NCBI GenBank assembly: GCA_963843575.1 | Contig: CAWJKZ010000015.1 | Coordinates: forward strand, 128,001 to 192,000 | Source of the DNA: an uncultured Acidobacteriota bacterium | GTDB lineage: Bacteria; Acidobacteriota; UBA6911 | Length of the DNA: 64,000 nt | Direction: 5' to 3' | Shown: positions 49,332-59,443 of the stretch, piece by piece | Layout: each line of letters begins with the position of its first letter | Position numbering within the stretch: position 1 is the stretch's first letter | Translations under genes and position numbers: made by a program | Notes under the pieces: model-generated | What the model was told of the DNA's origin: nothing | Seen by the model: the letters and a program-made list of their open reading frames with translations, nothing else | Database searches by the model: none

Positions 49332-51636
49332 GCGACTTCTACGAAGATCTGGAAGAATCGTTGCGCCACGCCTATGAGCCTGCCACGCCAGCGCCCGACG
49401 ACAAGATCCAGCCGTGGGGCGAAACCCGGGTAGTCGGCAAGAGCCTGCCGCGCGTCGATGCCTACAATCGGGTCTCGGGAGCGGCCCAGTACACTCAGGA
49501 CGTGATCCTGCCCGACATGCTGTATGCGGCGGTCCTGCGCTGCCCTCACGCCAGCGCGTTGGTCAAGAGCGTCGACACGGCCGCCGCGGAGAAGATGCCG
49601 GGAGTGCTCGCCGTTCTGACGGGCAAGTCCCCGGGCACCGACATCCCGTGGTACGGGGCGAAGCCGCCGCAGAGCAAGCTTTTCGACCCCCGCTGCCGTT
49701 ACGAGGGGGAAGAAGTCGCGGCCGTCGCCGCGCAGACGCCCTACCAGGCCTGGGACGCGGTCAAGGCGATCAAGGTCGAGTACGAGCAGCTGCCGTTCGT
49801 GCTACGACGAGGCCAGCGCCCTCAAGCCGGGCGCCCCGAAGGTGCACGAGAGCGGCAACTCACTTGGCGAGCCGCGCGGGTTGAAACGGGGCGATGTCGA
49901 GAAGGGTTTCGCCGAGGCGGACGTCGTGCTCGAGGAGACGTTTTACACGAGCGTGCAGATCCACGTCCCGATGGAGACCCATTCTTCCGCGGTGAAGTGG
50001 GACGGCGACCAGCTCACCATCTGGGAGTCGTCGCAGGGCGTCTACGACGCGGTGCTTTTCCCGGCCGCGCGCGCCCTCGGGATGCCGTTCAACAAGGTCC
50101 GGGTGATCTGCAAGTACATGGGGGGCGGGTTTGGCTCGAAGCTGGAGCTTGGCAAGCACACCGTGATCGCCGCGCTCCTCTCGCGTAAGACCGGCCGGCC
50201 GGTGAAACTTGCGCTGACCCGCGAGGAGAGCCTGCTGTGTGTCGGCAACAGGCCCGACGCGAAAATGACGCTCAAGGCCGGGGTGAAGCAGGACGGCACC
50301 CTGACCGCGTTGAAGCTGACCAACCTGGGCACCCCGGGAGCCTACGCCGGCGGCACCAACGTCGGGTTCCAGGTTGGGGAACTCTACAAGTGCCCGAACG
50401 TCTCGATCAACGAGAGCTCGTTTTACATCAACGCCGGGCGCGGCCGTGCGTTCCGCGCTCCCGGGCTTCCCTCAGTGTTCCTGGGCGCTCGAACAGATGA
50501 TGGACATGCTCGCGGAAAAGATCGGCATGGACCCGGTGGCGTTCCGGCTCAAGAACTTCACCGACTTCAGCCAGACCCGCAACATGCCCTACACCAGCAC
50601 CGGGTTGCGGGAGTGTCTGACGGAGGGCTCCAGGGCGTTCGGCTGGCAGGAGGCCCGGGCGGCGCAGAAGAGCAGCGGGGCGGTCAAACGGGGTGTCGGC
50701 ATGGCGGCGGGCATGTGGCAGGGGGGCAACGGCAGCCCGCCATACACCGCCGAGGTGAAGATGTTCGCGGACGGCGGCGTGACCGTCAAGGTCGGGGCGA
50801 CCGACATCGGCACCGGCACCAAGAGCGCCTGCTGCATCGTGGCGGCCGAGGAACTGAACGTGCCGGTCGACAGCATCCGGATCGAGAACGCCGACACCGC
50901 GACGACGCCATACGGGCAGAACAGCGGCGGCAGCATGACGCTGCCGGGCGTCACCCCGGCGGTGCGCAAGGGTGCCTGGCTCGTCAAGCGCCAGGTGTTC
51001 GGTTGGGCGGCGGAAGCCCTCGGCGTCCCCGAGGACGACCTGGAACTGAAGGGGAACTCGATCTCCTCACGCAGCAACCCGGAAAAGAAGAAGACCGTCG
51101 AGGAAATCTTCCGCTCGAAGGGCGTGATGGACGTCATCGGCATCGGCAATCGCGACCCCAATCCGCCCAAGGCCACGATGCCGTTCGCCGCTCATTTCGC
51201 CGAGGTGGAGGTCAACACCAGGACCGGGGAGGTCAAGGTGTTGAGGCTGGTGGGGGCTAACGAGAGCGGCCGGGTCATCAACCGCAAGACCTTCGACAAT
51301 CAGGTTCTCGGCGGCATGGCCCAGGGTGTCGGGTTCGGACTGATGGAAAAGCGGGTCCTGGACCGGCAGACCGGGAAGATGTGCAACCTGAACATGCACG
51401 ACTACAAGGTGCCCACGGCGCTGGACGTGCCCGTGGATCACCGGGTTTTGGCGATCGATCCTAAGGACACAGAGTGCAACATCGTCGGGTGCAAGGGCTC
51501 CGGCGAGCCTGCGACGATCCCGACGGCCGCTGCGGTCGCCAACGCCATCTACAACGCCATCGGCGTCAGGCCGACGCACGGGCCGATCGATCCGAAGACG
51601 ATCCTTGATCTGCTCGGCAATCAGAAAAGAGGATGA
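49328..51636 (+). CDS. Xanthine-oxidase-family molybdopterin-binding subunit (PaoC/YagR-like); two +1 frameshifts (about 49804 and 50462)
   Basis: VSGAAQYTQD, MGGGFGSK, FRAPG, DIGTGT, QVLGGMAQGVG, KGSGEP across three frames. Confidence 0.88.
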
Positions 51637-51639
51637 GCC

Positions 51640-52611
51640 ATGATGAATAACTTCTCTTACGTGAAGGCGGGCTCGGTTGCGGAGGCCATCAAGGCCCTCG
51701 GAACGAAGGGTGCCAGGATTCACGCGGGCGGGTCGGACCTGTTCGGCTGCATTCGCGACGGGGTGATGCCGGTCGAGAAGGTGGTGAGCATCAGCGCCAT
51801 CAAGGAACTGCAGGGCATCTCGACACGGCCCGACGGCGGAATCCGGATCGGAGCCCTGACCACCATCGCGGAGGTCGCTGCGCACCCGGGGCTCAGGCAG
51901 AAATTCACTGTCTTGGCGCAGGCCGCGGGCGACGTGGCCAGCCCCCAGTTGCGGAACCAGGGGACGATCGGCGGGAACATTTGCCAGCGGCCGCGCTGCT
52001 GGTATTTCCGCGGAGAGTTCCTGTGCGCCAGGAAGGGAGGCGACACCTGCTACGCCGTCCAGGGCGAGAACCAGTACCACGCCATCTTCGGCGGGGGCCC
52101 CTGTTTCTTCGTGCACCCGTCTGATACGGCCGTGGCGCTGGTGGCGCTCGGTGCCCAGTTGATGGTTGCCGGGCCGGCCGGGCCGCGGGCCGTGAGGATC
52201 TCCGAGTTCTTCGTCGGGCCCGACAAGAACATGGAAAAGGAAAACGTACTCGCCCCCAACGAGATCGTGACCGAGATCCATCTCCCGGCGCAGGCCGTTT
52301 CGGTGCGGAGCTCCTACCGCAAAGTGCGGGGCCGCGGTGCTTGGGACTTCGCGCTCACGAGCGTCGGACTCGTCCTTCAGGTCGAACAGGGGACCATCAG
52401 CCGGGCGCGGGTGGTCCTGGGCGGCGTCGGTCCGTTCCCGTGGCGCGCGCAGGCCGCGGAAAAGGCACTCGTCGGAAAGAAGCTGGATGCCGCGTCCGCC
52501 GCTGCCGCAGGGCAGGCGGCAGCCGAAGGCGCCACCCCCCTCGATCAAAACGCCTACAAGGTGCAGATGGTCAAAGGGGCGGTCGAGGAATCGCTTCTGG
52601 CGTTTGTGTGA
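51640..52611 (+). CDS. Xanthine-oxidase-family FAD-binding subunit with 4Fe-4S insertion (PaoB/YagS-like)
   Basis: AGGSDL, ASPQLRNQGTIGGN, CQRPRCWYFR...C...C, HPSD. Confidence 0.92.
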   Translation: MMNNFSYVKAGSVAEAIKALGTKGARIHAGGSDLFGCIRDGVMPVEKVVSISAIKELQGISTRPDGGIRIGALTTIAEVAAHPGLRQKFTVLAQAAGDVASPQLRNQGTIGGNICQRPRCWYFRGEFLCARKGGDTCYAVQGENQYHAIFGGGPCFFVHPSDTAVALVALGAQLMVAGPAGPRAVRISEFFVGPDKNMEKENVLAPNEIVTEIHLPAQAVSVRSSYRKVRGRGAWDFALTSVGLVLQVEQGTISRARVVLGGVGPFPWRAQAAEKALVGKKLDAASAAAAGQAAAEGATPLDQNAYKVQMVKGAVEESLLAFV

Positions 52612-52614
52612 TTT

Positions 52615-52669
52615 TGGAGTGCGGCGCCAAGGCGCCGCCTCGAAAGCGGCGTCGAGCCGCCGCACTCCA
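52615..52669. repeat. REP-like inverted repeat, family B
   Basis: tggagtgcggcgccaaggcgccgc-ctcgaaa-gcggcgtcgagccgccgcactcca between convergent genes. Confidence 0.75.
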
Positions 52670-52671
52670 TA

Positions 52672-53790
52672 TTACCGGTTCAGGATGACGCGTGCGACGG
52701 CGAGGATGTCCGACACGATGTCCGCCGTGCGCGACGGGAACCGGCCCGAAGGGTATCGGGTCGACGCCGGCTCGCTCGGCGCCCGCCGTTCCGTCGTGGC
52801 CGGGCCCGCCTCGGGCGACCACAGATAGTCGACCGTGAGCCAGTCGTTGTCTCTCATCTTCAAGGCCCCGGTGAAAACGCCGTCCGCCAGATCTATCCCG
52901 GCCGGATTGGAGACGCGCCGGCCAAATCCGTCCCTCCCGCCGTTGTAGCCCTCCAGAAACGCCGCCTGGGCCTGGGGCACTCCCTGTGGCAGGTCGCGCC
53001 ACTGTTCCCGGCGTGCCGCGGGATTCCAGTGGTCGTCCCGGATATTCCAGGGGCCGACGTCCCAGACGGGCGCGACCACCGACGTGCCCTGATAGGTCAG
53101 CCTGACCTGGAACTCGCGTCCGCCGGCGCTCGAGAGGGCGCGGCGCGACGGCAGTGCGACAAACCGGTCGTTGCGCCTCACAACGTGACCGTTGGCGGTC
53201 GTGCGGCCGACCAGGCCCTCGCGCGTCGCGAAGATCCGGCTCCCATCGGAGGCCTCCCTGCGGCCCCCGCGGACCGGCGGGACCCGGAGTCGCCGTTCGT
53301 GCGCGTATCCGTAGGGTGCGCCCGCCTCGTCCCTGGAAAAAACCAGCCCCACACCGCTGCCGCGCGTCAAGGCAAAGCGGCATTCGAGGGCCATCACGGC
53401 GCCTGGCAGGACCGCCACCTGGTCGAAAACCTGAATCTTGTATCCGGGCGCGAATGCGACAACGGTGTACGGGCGGGACGGGTACGGGGTCGGCACCCGG
53501 TTGACGATGAATTCCCCACGAGCGTTCGACTCCGACCGCCGTACGCCGGCCGCCAGCAGCAGGTTGTGCAACTCCGACGTCCAGCCGCCACTTCCCCGCA
53601 GCGGCCAGGGTTTCTCGATGAGGATCACGGTCGCGCCGCGCAACCCCCGGCCGCTCTTGGAGTCGACCACCTTGCCGACCACGTTCCCCACGTAACGGCT
53701 CTGGTCAAATGAGGAGGGCCGACGGGCGGAGGCGCCGTATGCCACGGCCCAGACGGACAAAAGCAGTATGGCGAACAAGCAGCGCTTCAT
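52672..53790 (-). CDS. Secreted protein: carboxypeptidase-regulatory-like domain plus RlpA/DPBB-like domain
   Basis: Signal peptide; GKVVDSKSGRGLRGATV...SNARGEF...APGY; GRTTANG...FVALPS...WDVGPWN...GIDLADG. Confidence 0.6.
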   Translation of the reverse strand: MKRCLFAILLLSVWAVAYGASARRPSSFDQSRYVGNVVGKVVDSKSGRGLRGATVILIEKPWPLRGSGGWTSELHNLLLAAGVRRSESNARGEFIVNRVPTPYPSRPYTVVAFAPGYKIQVFDQVAVLPGAVMALECRFALTRGSGVGLVFSRDEAGAPYGYAHERRLRVPPVRGGRREASDGSRIFATREGLVGRTTANGHVVRRNDRFVALPSRRALSSAGGREFQVRLTYQGTSVVAPVWDVGPWNIRDDHWNPAARREQWRDLPQGVPQAQAAFLEGYNGGRDGFGRRVSNPAGIDLADGVFTGALKMRDNDWLTVDYLWSPEAGPATTERRAPSEPASTRYPSGRFPSRTADIVSDILAVARVILNR

Positions 53791-53796
53791 AGGACG

Positions 53797-54318
53797 CTAA
53801 CCGGCCGGACCGCGGACCTCGCCCGCGGCACAGCTGTAGAGGAAATACAGGTCCTCCGGACGCTCCAGCAGCGTGGCGCGGAGTCTCAGGGTTTCCTTGT
53901 CGACCCAACCCTCGAAGTAAGTGGAAAAGCGCTCGTTAGGGGGAGGCAGCTTCACCTCGCGGAGCGCGCCGGAGCCCGCTTCGACCACCCATACGTGCGT
54001 TGTGGTCATGGGGCTGTGCCCCTCCAGGTCGAACGACTCGAACGCCACCAGGCGCCCGTCTGGCGACCAGCTGACGTTGCGCGCGGTTTCCCCCTCGGAG
54101 AGGGTCGCGACCAGGCGCCGCAAATTTCCCGGATACGCTACGAGCCACAGCTCCGTTTTCCGCGATCCCTGCACGATCTCAATTCCACGATCGCCGGCCG
54201 GGGAAACGACGGCCGCGCCGTCCGGCGCGCCGCGACGGCCAAGCACGACCCACAGAGCTGCCGCCACGAGGAGCAGCAGAACGGCTCCGGCGGCCACTTT
54301 CGAGGTAAGGCGCTTCAT
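53797..54318 (-). CDS. Membrane-anchored protein with a PD40/TolB-like repeat
   Basis: N-terminal TM helix; NVSWSPDGRLVAFES; HVWVVEAGSG. Confidence 0.6.
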   Translation of the reverse strand: MKRLTSKVAAGAVLLLLVAAALWVVLGRRGAPDGAAVVSPAGDRGIEIVQGSRKTELWLVAYPGNLRRLVATLSEGETARNVSWSPDGRLVAFESFDLEGHSPMTTTHVWVVEAGSGALREVKLPPPNERFSTYFEGWVDKETLRLRATLLERPEDLYFLYSCAAGEVRGPAG

Positions 54319-54377
54319 GTAGGATTAGACGCGCAGCGCGTGGATCGTTCTCAATCGAATCCGCATCCGAAAAAACC

Positions 54378-55502
54378 TTACGGGCGGAAGAAGCGGGCCG
54401 GGGCCAGCACGGGAGCGGCCGGGTGGCTGCTGTGGCCGTGGACGATGTGATCCGCGGCGATGGAGCCGACGGCCGCGGAGCAGGTGATCCCGTGTCCGCC
54501 CAGTCCGGCGACCCAGAAGAGCCCGGAGACCCGGGGATCGGGCCCGACGACGAAGTGCTGATCCGGGGAAAAGGTGCGCATCCCGGCCCAGAGGCGCGCT
54601 GCGCCCGCGTGGGCCAGGGTGGGAAGCCAGCGTGCCGCCTTGGAAGCGATCTGGCCGGCGACTTCCGGGTCCACGTTCTCCCCCTGCTCCGGCTTGACCC
54701 CTGCCGTGTCGCAGGACGAGAGGAGCAGGCCCCCGCTTTCGGGCCTGAAGTAGAATTCGTCTCCCATTATCCAAACGACAGGCCACGCGGGATCGACTTC
54801 CGTCAGCGGGCTGGTCACCATCAGGTGCCGGCGGCGCGGGGCCAGGGGGAGGGGATAGCCGGCAGCGGCCGCGAGCTCGTCGCCCCAGGCGCCTGCTGCC
54901 AGGACGACGCGCCCGGTCTCGAGTCTGCCCTCCGTGGTGTCGACTGCGGCGATCCGTCCATCCTCGGCATGGATTCGAAGCGCGCGGCAATTGAGTCGCA
55001 ACTCCGCCCCCGCGTTCCGGGCGGCCCTGAGGAACCCCTGGTGTAGAGCGTCGACGTCGACGACCCCTTCGTCGGCGCCGTAGAGCACGCGCGCTATTCC
55101 CGGGGCCAGGCACGGGATGCGGCTATACAGTTGCTCGGAGCCCGCTTCCTCGATGCCGTCGCCCCATTGCGCCGCCTCCGCCCATCCCTGCAGCACCTTC
55201 ACCTGGTCTTCCGGGGCCGCGATGTACAGACCGACGGTATTGACCAGCGGTGCTTCGGCGAACCCACGGGGTGGGCGGAGCAGGAAGCCCTTTGACTCGG
55301 AGGCCAGGGCATACAGCGCCCGGTCCGGGATCACCGATCGGAGGATGGCAGCGTTCCGGCCCGTGGAGTGCAGCCCGGCCACGGCCTCCTTCTCGAGGAG
55401 CAGGACGTTGCGGACTCCTTTACGGGTCAGGAAATATGCGGTCGCTGCGCCGGCGATCCCGGCGCCGACAATGATCACCGGCGAGTTCTTGCCTTCGTTC
55501 AT
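54378..55502 (-). CDS. FAD-dependent oxidoreductase (DAO / glycine oxidase family)
   Basis: IVGAGIAG, HSTGRNA, LAAGAW, WAGMRTFSPD, GLGGHG. Confidence 0.9.
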   Translation of the reverse strand: MNEGKNSPVIIVGAGIAGAATAYFLTRKGVRNVLLLEKEAVAGLHSTGRNAAILRSVIPDRALYALASESKGFLLRPPRGFAEAPLVNTVGLYIAAPEDQVKVLQGWAEAAQWGDGIEEAGSEQLYSRIPCLAPGIARVLYGADEGVVDVDALHQGFLRAARNAGAELRLNCRALRIHAEDGRIAAVDTTEGRLETGRVVLAAGAWGDELAAAAGYPLPLAPRRRHLMVTSPLTEVDPAWPVVWIMGDEFYFRPESGGLLLSSCDTAGVKPEQGENVDPEVAGQIASKAARWLPTLAHAGAARLWAGMRTFSPDQHFVVGPDPRVSGLFWVAGLGGHGITCSAAVGSIAADHIVHGHSSHPAAPVLAPARFFRP

Positions 55503-55558
55503 GGCTGAGTTGGTCCGTTCGGATTCGTGGGCCGTGGTTCCCGCGGGCCGCGCTCTCC

Positions 55559-56011
55559 CTATTGGGAACTCATGACGATCTGGATAAGGTCGTCCAGGAG
55601 GGTCACTTTCGGGTTTTCGACGATCCTGCCGATCTCCTTGCCGTCCCGGTAGACGATGAACGTCGGGACCCGCTCGACCTGCAGTTCTTCGACAAAGTAT
55701 TTGACGTCGTTTGAGGGTTTGCGCTCGACCGCGTAGTACCTGACGGCTGTCGTGGAGTTCAGGCTGTCGACTATCTTGAGGAAGGCGGGGATGTTGACGC
55801 GGGAGTCGGAGCACCAGAGCCCCAGGTACACGTCGATCCGCAAGTGCTCGTCTACCCTGGATTTGAGGAGGTCGAGCAGTTCCGGTTCCGCCTTGTACGC
55901 CTCGTAGTTTTCCCGCCATTCCTTTCCGTTTTCCAGAATCTTGTCGCGGGTGATCGCCTCGGGGCCCAGGAACGGCGTCATCAGGATGACCGCAGTCAGA
56001 ACGCTCAACAT
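55559..56011 (-). CDS. Thioredoxin-like protein with WCSDS motif
   Basis: LGLWCSDS, VERVPTFIVY..GKEIGRIVENP. Confidence 0.8.
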   Translation of the reverse strand: MLSVLTAVILMTPFLGPEAITRDKILENGKEWRENYEAYKAEPELLDLLKSRVDEHLRIDVYLGLWCSDSRVNIPAFLKIVDSLNSTTAVRYYAVERKPSNDVKYFVEELQVERVPTFIVYRDGKEIGRIVENPKVTLLDDLIQIVMSSQ

Positions 56012-56227
56012 CTCGTCCCCTCCATGCTCCCGGTTGTGCACGGTTCAATGAAGAGGTTATCCCGTTCCGGTCGTTTTTTCCAGAGGAGGGAGGGTTTCAG
56101 GGGGGGGGTGCGGTGGTGGGCCGCGGCGGCTCGCCGCGGCCCGGTGGATCTCGTTTGCGCAGTTCGGGTCCTGACATCGCGCAGTTGTAGCCTACTTGGG
56201 GCGGGGATCAGGCTGCCCCTGGGCTGC

Positions 56228-56659
56228 TTATCTGGCAGCCGCAATCACGACGCTCTTTCCGGGTTGGCTTGAGTACGCGAGCGCCATCTCGCGCTCGGCA
56301 GGGGTCTTGGCCACATCGGCTGCAACGCTGGTGTTCTGTAACTTCGAAAGGAAATAGGAGCTGCCGTAACGATTGAAGACCAGACAGGTCGCAGCGCGGG
56401 TGCTCGCACCAGGGATGGCGGTGAACAGGTGAACGACCCTTCCGTCCATGTTCCGGATAAGGACCGTCGATCCCGACGCCCGGCCAAGCGTTCCCTGCAG
56501 GTCGAAGACGTATACTCCGGCGGGAATCTGCTGGCTGCCGGCGAAAAACGAAAACGGAATGTCCGCCCGCAGCCGGTTTGCGCCGTCTGCGGATGCAGTC
56601 AAGGTCATGCCGAGAACGAGAACGCTCAATGCGACGATCGTGGTCAGAGTGTGTTTCAT
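56228..56659 (-). CDS. Secreted hypothetical protein of a type common in Acidobacteria
   Basis: Signal peptide; RADIPFSF...PAGVY...LVFNRYGSSYFLS...ERE. Confidence 0.75.
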   Translation of the reverse strand: MKHTLTTIVALSVLVLGMTLTASADGANRLRADIPFSFFAGSQQIPAGVYVFDLQGTLGRASGSTVLIRNMDGRVVHLFTAIPGASTRAATCLVFNRYGSSYFLSKLQNTSVAADVAKTPAEREMALAYSSQPGKSVVIAAAR

Positions 56660-56796
56660 AGGCCCTCCAGGTTCATCCCCACGCCCCCCGGTCCGACTTC
56701 GGGCGGGGGATCGTTTCTGTTTCGACGAGTTAGACGAACCAAGGCGCCGAGGCGACTACGAGGATTGGCCGAGGAATCTCTCAGGAATGAAGATCG

Positions 56797-56847
56797 TGGA
56801 GTGCGGCGGCCACCAAGGGGCCGAGGTCGCAGAGGCGCCGCACTCCA
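56797..56847. repeat. REP-like inverted repeat, family B
   Basis: tggagtgcggcg ... cgccgcactcca. Confidence 0.7.
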
Positions 56848-56885
56848 GATTACTGCAGTTAAGCCTCTGAAGCGCGGACCCGCGG

Positions 56886-57257
56886 TCAGACGATGAACGG
56901 GAGGACGATGACGAGTTCGTCCTCCTCGGCGAACGGGGAACCGCAGTGCGCGCAGAAGCGGAAGCGGTACCGTCCGGGCTGCTGGTAATCCGACCCGCAG
57001 TTGCCGCACTGTATGTCGGTGAGCCGCTCCCATTCGTTTTCGATGATTCGTCTCGCCTCGTCGAACTCCGGTTCCATGCCGTTCAGGGAAAGGCAGCACC
57101 AGGGGCAGAAGCTGTACTCCTCGAATCGGTCCTCGGGCAGAGGCAGCAGGCAGCGAGGGCAGAAGCGGGTATCCTCGTGCTCCCTGTCGAGGTAGATCAT
57201 CATTTCGGCGCGCAAGGCGAGGAGGATGCGCCGTTTTTCGTCCCGGGAATAGCGCAT
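56886..57257 (-). CDS. Double zinc-ribbon protein
   Basis: CPRC, CPWC, CGNC, CAHC. Confidence 0.7.
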   Translation of the reverse strand: MRYSRDEKRRILLALRAEMMIYLDREHEDTRFCPRCLLPLPEDRFEEYSFCPWCCLSLNGMEPEFDEARRIIENEWERLTDIQCGNCGSDYQQPGRYRFRFCAHCGSPFAEEDELVIVLPFIV

Positions 57258-57352
57258 TTCGCAGATTGTAGCATGCGGCCAAAGCGCCGGGAGCCGCGGG
57301 CGTGCTATCATCAGCTGCTGTCGCCATATACCATATTTAGGAGAGCACGGCT

Positions 57353-57781
57353 ATGTTGCGAAAATTTGGCGCTCTGATGTTCGTCGGGCTGCTCGCGGGG
57401 TGCTCCGCTCCCGGCGAGAGCAGCTTTGTCGCCACCCCGTCCGGTCTGAAGTACTACGACCATAGGAAGGGAGCAGGGGACGAAGCTGTGAAGGGTGCGA
57501 TGGTTTCCGTGCATTACACCGGGTGGCTGTACGAAAACGGCAAGCGCGGGGCGAAGTTCGACAGCTCGCGCGACGGGGCAGGCAAACCCTTCGGTTTTGA
57601 GCTCGGCCGGGGAGAGGTGATCGATGGCTGGGACGAGGGTGTTCAGGGCATGAAGGTCGGGGGCAAGCGGGAGTTGATCATTCCTCCCCAGCTGGGCTAT
57701 GGCGCCGCCGGGGCCCCGGGTTCGATTCCGGGCAACGCGACCCTGGACTTCGAGATCGAATTGCTGAGGGTCGCCAAGTGA
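57353..57781 (+). CDS. FKBP-type peptidyl-prolyl isomerase lipoprotein
   Basis: Lipobox LAGC; VHYTGWL, FDSS, VIDGWDEG, LIIPPQLGYG. Confidence 0.93.
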   Translation: MLRKFGALMFVGLLAGCSAPGESSFVATPSGLKYYDHRKGAGDEAVKGAMVSVHYTGWLYENGKRGAKFDSSRDGAGKPFGFELGRGEVIDGWDEGVQGMKVGGKRELIIPPQLGYGAAGAPGSIPGNATLDFEIELLRVAK

Positions 57782-57841
57782 TTCACCCCGGCGGGCGTGT
57801 CCCGGAGCGCACATCGGCGGCCGGGAGAGAGGAGGAGGACT

Positions 57842-59368
57842 TTGCTGCTGTACGACGTGATTCGACGGGGGGCGGAAGGGTATCCGGGCAGGGACGCGCT
57901 CCTGTACCGGGACAGGACAATCACCTATGGACAACTCGCGGCGGAGGTTAACCGAATCGCTGCAGGGTTGCGCGCCCACGGGATCGGACCGGGGGACGCG
58001 GTCGCCCTGTTGCTGCCGAATTGCCTCGAGTTTACCTTCGTCTATTATGCCGCGACCTCGATTGGCGCCCTCTGCGTCCCGGCCAACCCGCTCCTGAAGC
58101 CCGCGGAGCTCGAGTACATCTGGGGCGATTGCCGGTCCCGGATGGTCGTGACGGCACCGGGGCTCGTCCCGGGGGTCCTGGAGGCGGGGCGCAACCTGCC
58201 GCACCTGGGCTCGGTGCTGAGCATCGGCCCCGAACCCGCGCCAGCCGGCGCCCTGGCTCTCGAGGACATCCTTGCGGCGGCCCCCCCACCTGCCCTGGAA
58301 CTCCATGGTATTCAAGAAGATGATCCGGCTGTCTGCATTTACACCTCCGGCACGACCGGCCGGCCCAAGGGCGCCCTGCTGTCTCACAAGAACCTGCTCG
58401 CCAATTCCAGACAGGTCGCCGAGGCGTTCCAGTTCACCCGGGATGATACGGTGGTCTGCGTGCTCCCGTTGTTTCACTCGTTTGCCGCGACGGTGTGCCA
58501 GAACACCATCCTGAACTGCGGCGCACGCGTGGTGCTGCTGGAGCAGTTTCACCCGGCGCGGACTTTGGAAGCGATCGCCGCTTTTCGGGCAACCGTTTTC
58601 CCGGCGGTGCCGGCCATGTTCGCCGCCCTCCTGCAATTTGCCGGCGACCGCCCGGAAGCCTTCTCCACGGTGAGGGCCTGCGTGTCGGGCGGGGCGCCCA
58701 TGCCGGTTAACATCATGGAGGCATTCGAGAAGAAGTTCCGCACCAGGGTGCTGGAAGGGGACGGACCCACCGAATGCTCACCGGTGACGGCGGTGAATCC
58801 TCTCAACGGTCCACGCAAGGTAGGGAGCATCGGGCTCCCGATCCCCGGGGTGGAGATGTGCATTTTCGACGAGGATGACCGGGAGGTGCCACGCAACCAG
58901 GTCGGTGAAATCGTCGTGCGCGGCGAGAATGTGATGCTCGGGTATCTGAATCAGCCCCAGGCGACGGCCGAGGCGATGAGATCGGGCTGGTACCACACCG
59001 GAGACCTCGGGAAGCAGGACGAGGACGGGTATTTCTACATCGTCGACCGCAAGAAGGACATGCTGATCGTCGGCGGCATCAACGTCTATCCGCGGGAAGT
59101 CGAGGACGTGCTCGTCACCCACCCGGCGGTACTGGACGCCGCCGTTATCGGCGACGCCGATCCGCTGAAAGGCGAGGAGGTCCTGGCCATCGTGGTCCGG
59201 AAACCGGGAGCGGAAGTGGCGGAACCGGATCTGATCAAGCACTGCCGGTCGCGGCTCGCGAACTTCAAGGTGCCGCGCCGGATCATTTTCCGCGATACCC
59301 TCCCGTACAGCAACACGGGCAAAGTGCTGAAGCGCATGCTCCGCAAGGAGCTCGACCTCGGCGCCTGA
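57842..59368 (+). CDS. Long-chain fatty-acid--CoA ligase (ANL superfamily)
   Basis: YTSGTTGRPKG, LPLFH, GWYHTGD, VDRKKD, TGKVLK; TTG start after GGAGG. Confidence 0.92.
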   Translation: MLLYDVIRRGAEGYPGRDALLYRDRTITYGQLAAEVNRIAAGLRAHGIGPGDAVALLLPNCLEFTFVYYAATSIGALCVPANPLLKPAELEYIWGDCRSRMVVTAPGLVPGVLEAGRNLPHLGSVLSIGPEPAPAGALALEDILAAAPPPALELHGIQEDDPAVCIYTSGTTGRPKGALLSHKNLLANSRQVAEAFQFTRDDTVVCVLPLFHSFAATVCQNTILNCGARVVLLEQFHPARTLEAIAAFRATVFPAVPAMFAALLQFAGDRPEAFSTVRACVSGGAPMPVNIMEAFEKKFRTRVLEGDGPTECSPVTAVNPLNGPRKVGSIGLPIPGVEMCIFDEDDREVPRNQVGEIVVRGENVMLGYLNQPQATAEAMRSGWYHTGDLGKQDEDGYFYIVDRKKDMLIVGGINVYPREVEDVLVTHPAVLDAAVIGDADPLKGEEVLAIVVRKPGAEVAEPDLIKHCRSRLANFKVPRRIIFRDTLPYSNTGKVLKRMLRKELDLGA

Positions 59369-59443
59369 CCCGGGGTGGCCTGTCGGGCGAAACCCATCAC
59401 GAGAACAGACCGAAAGACCGAACGGAGGAAGAATCCGCGAACC

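Noticed and set aside
56730-56765. ECF-sigma promoter (CGTCTAA on the minus strand) upstream of the 56659 gene
   Set aside because: No convincing -35 element; cannot be supported from sequence alone
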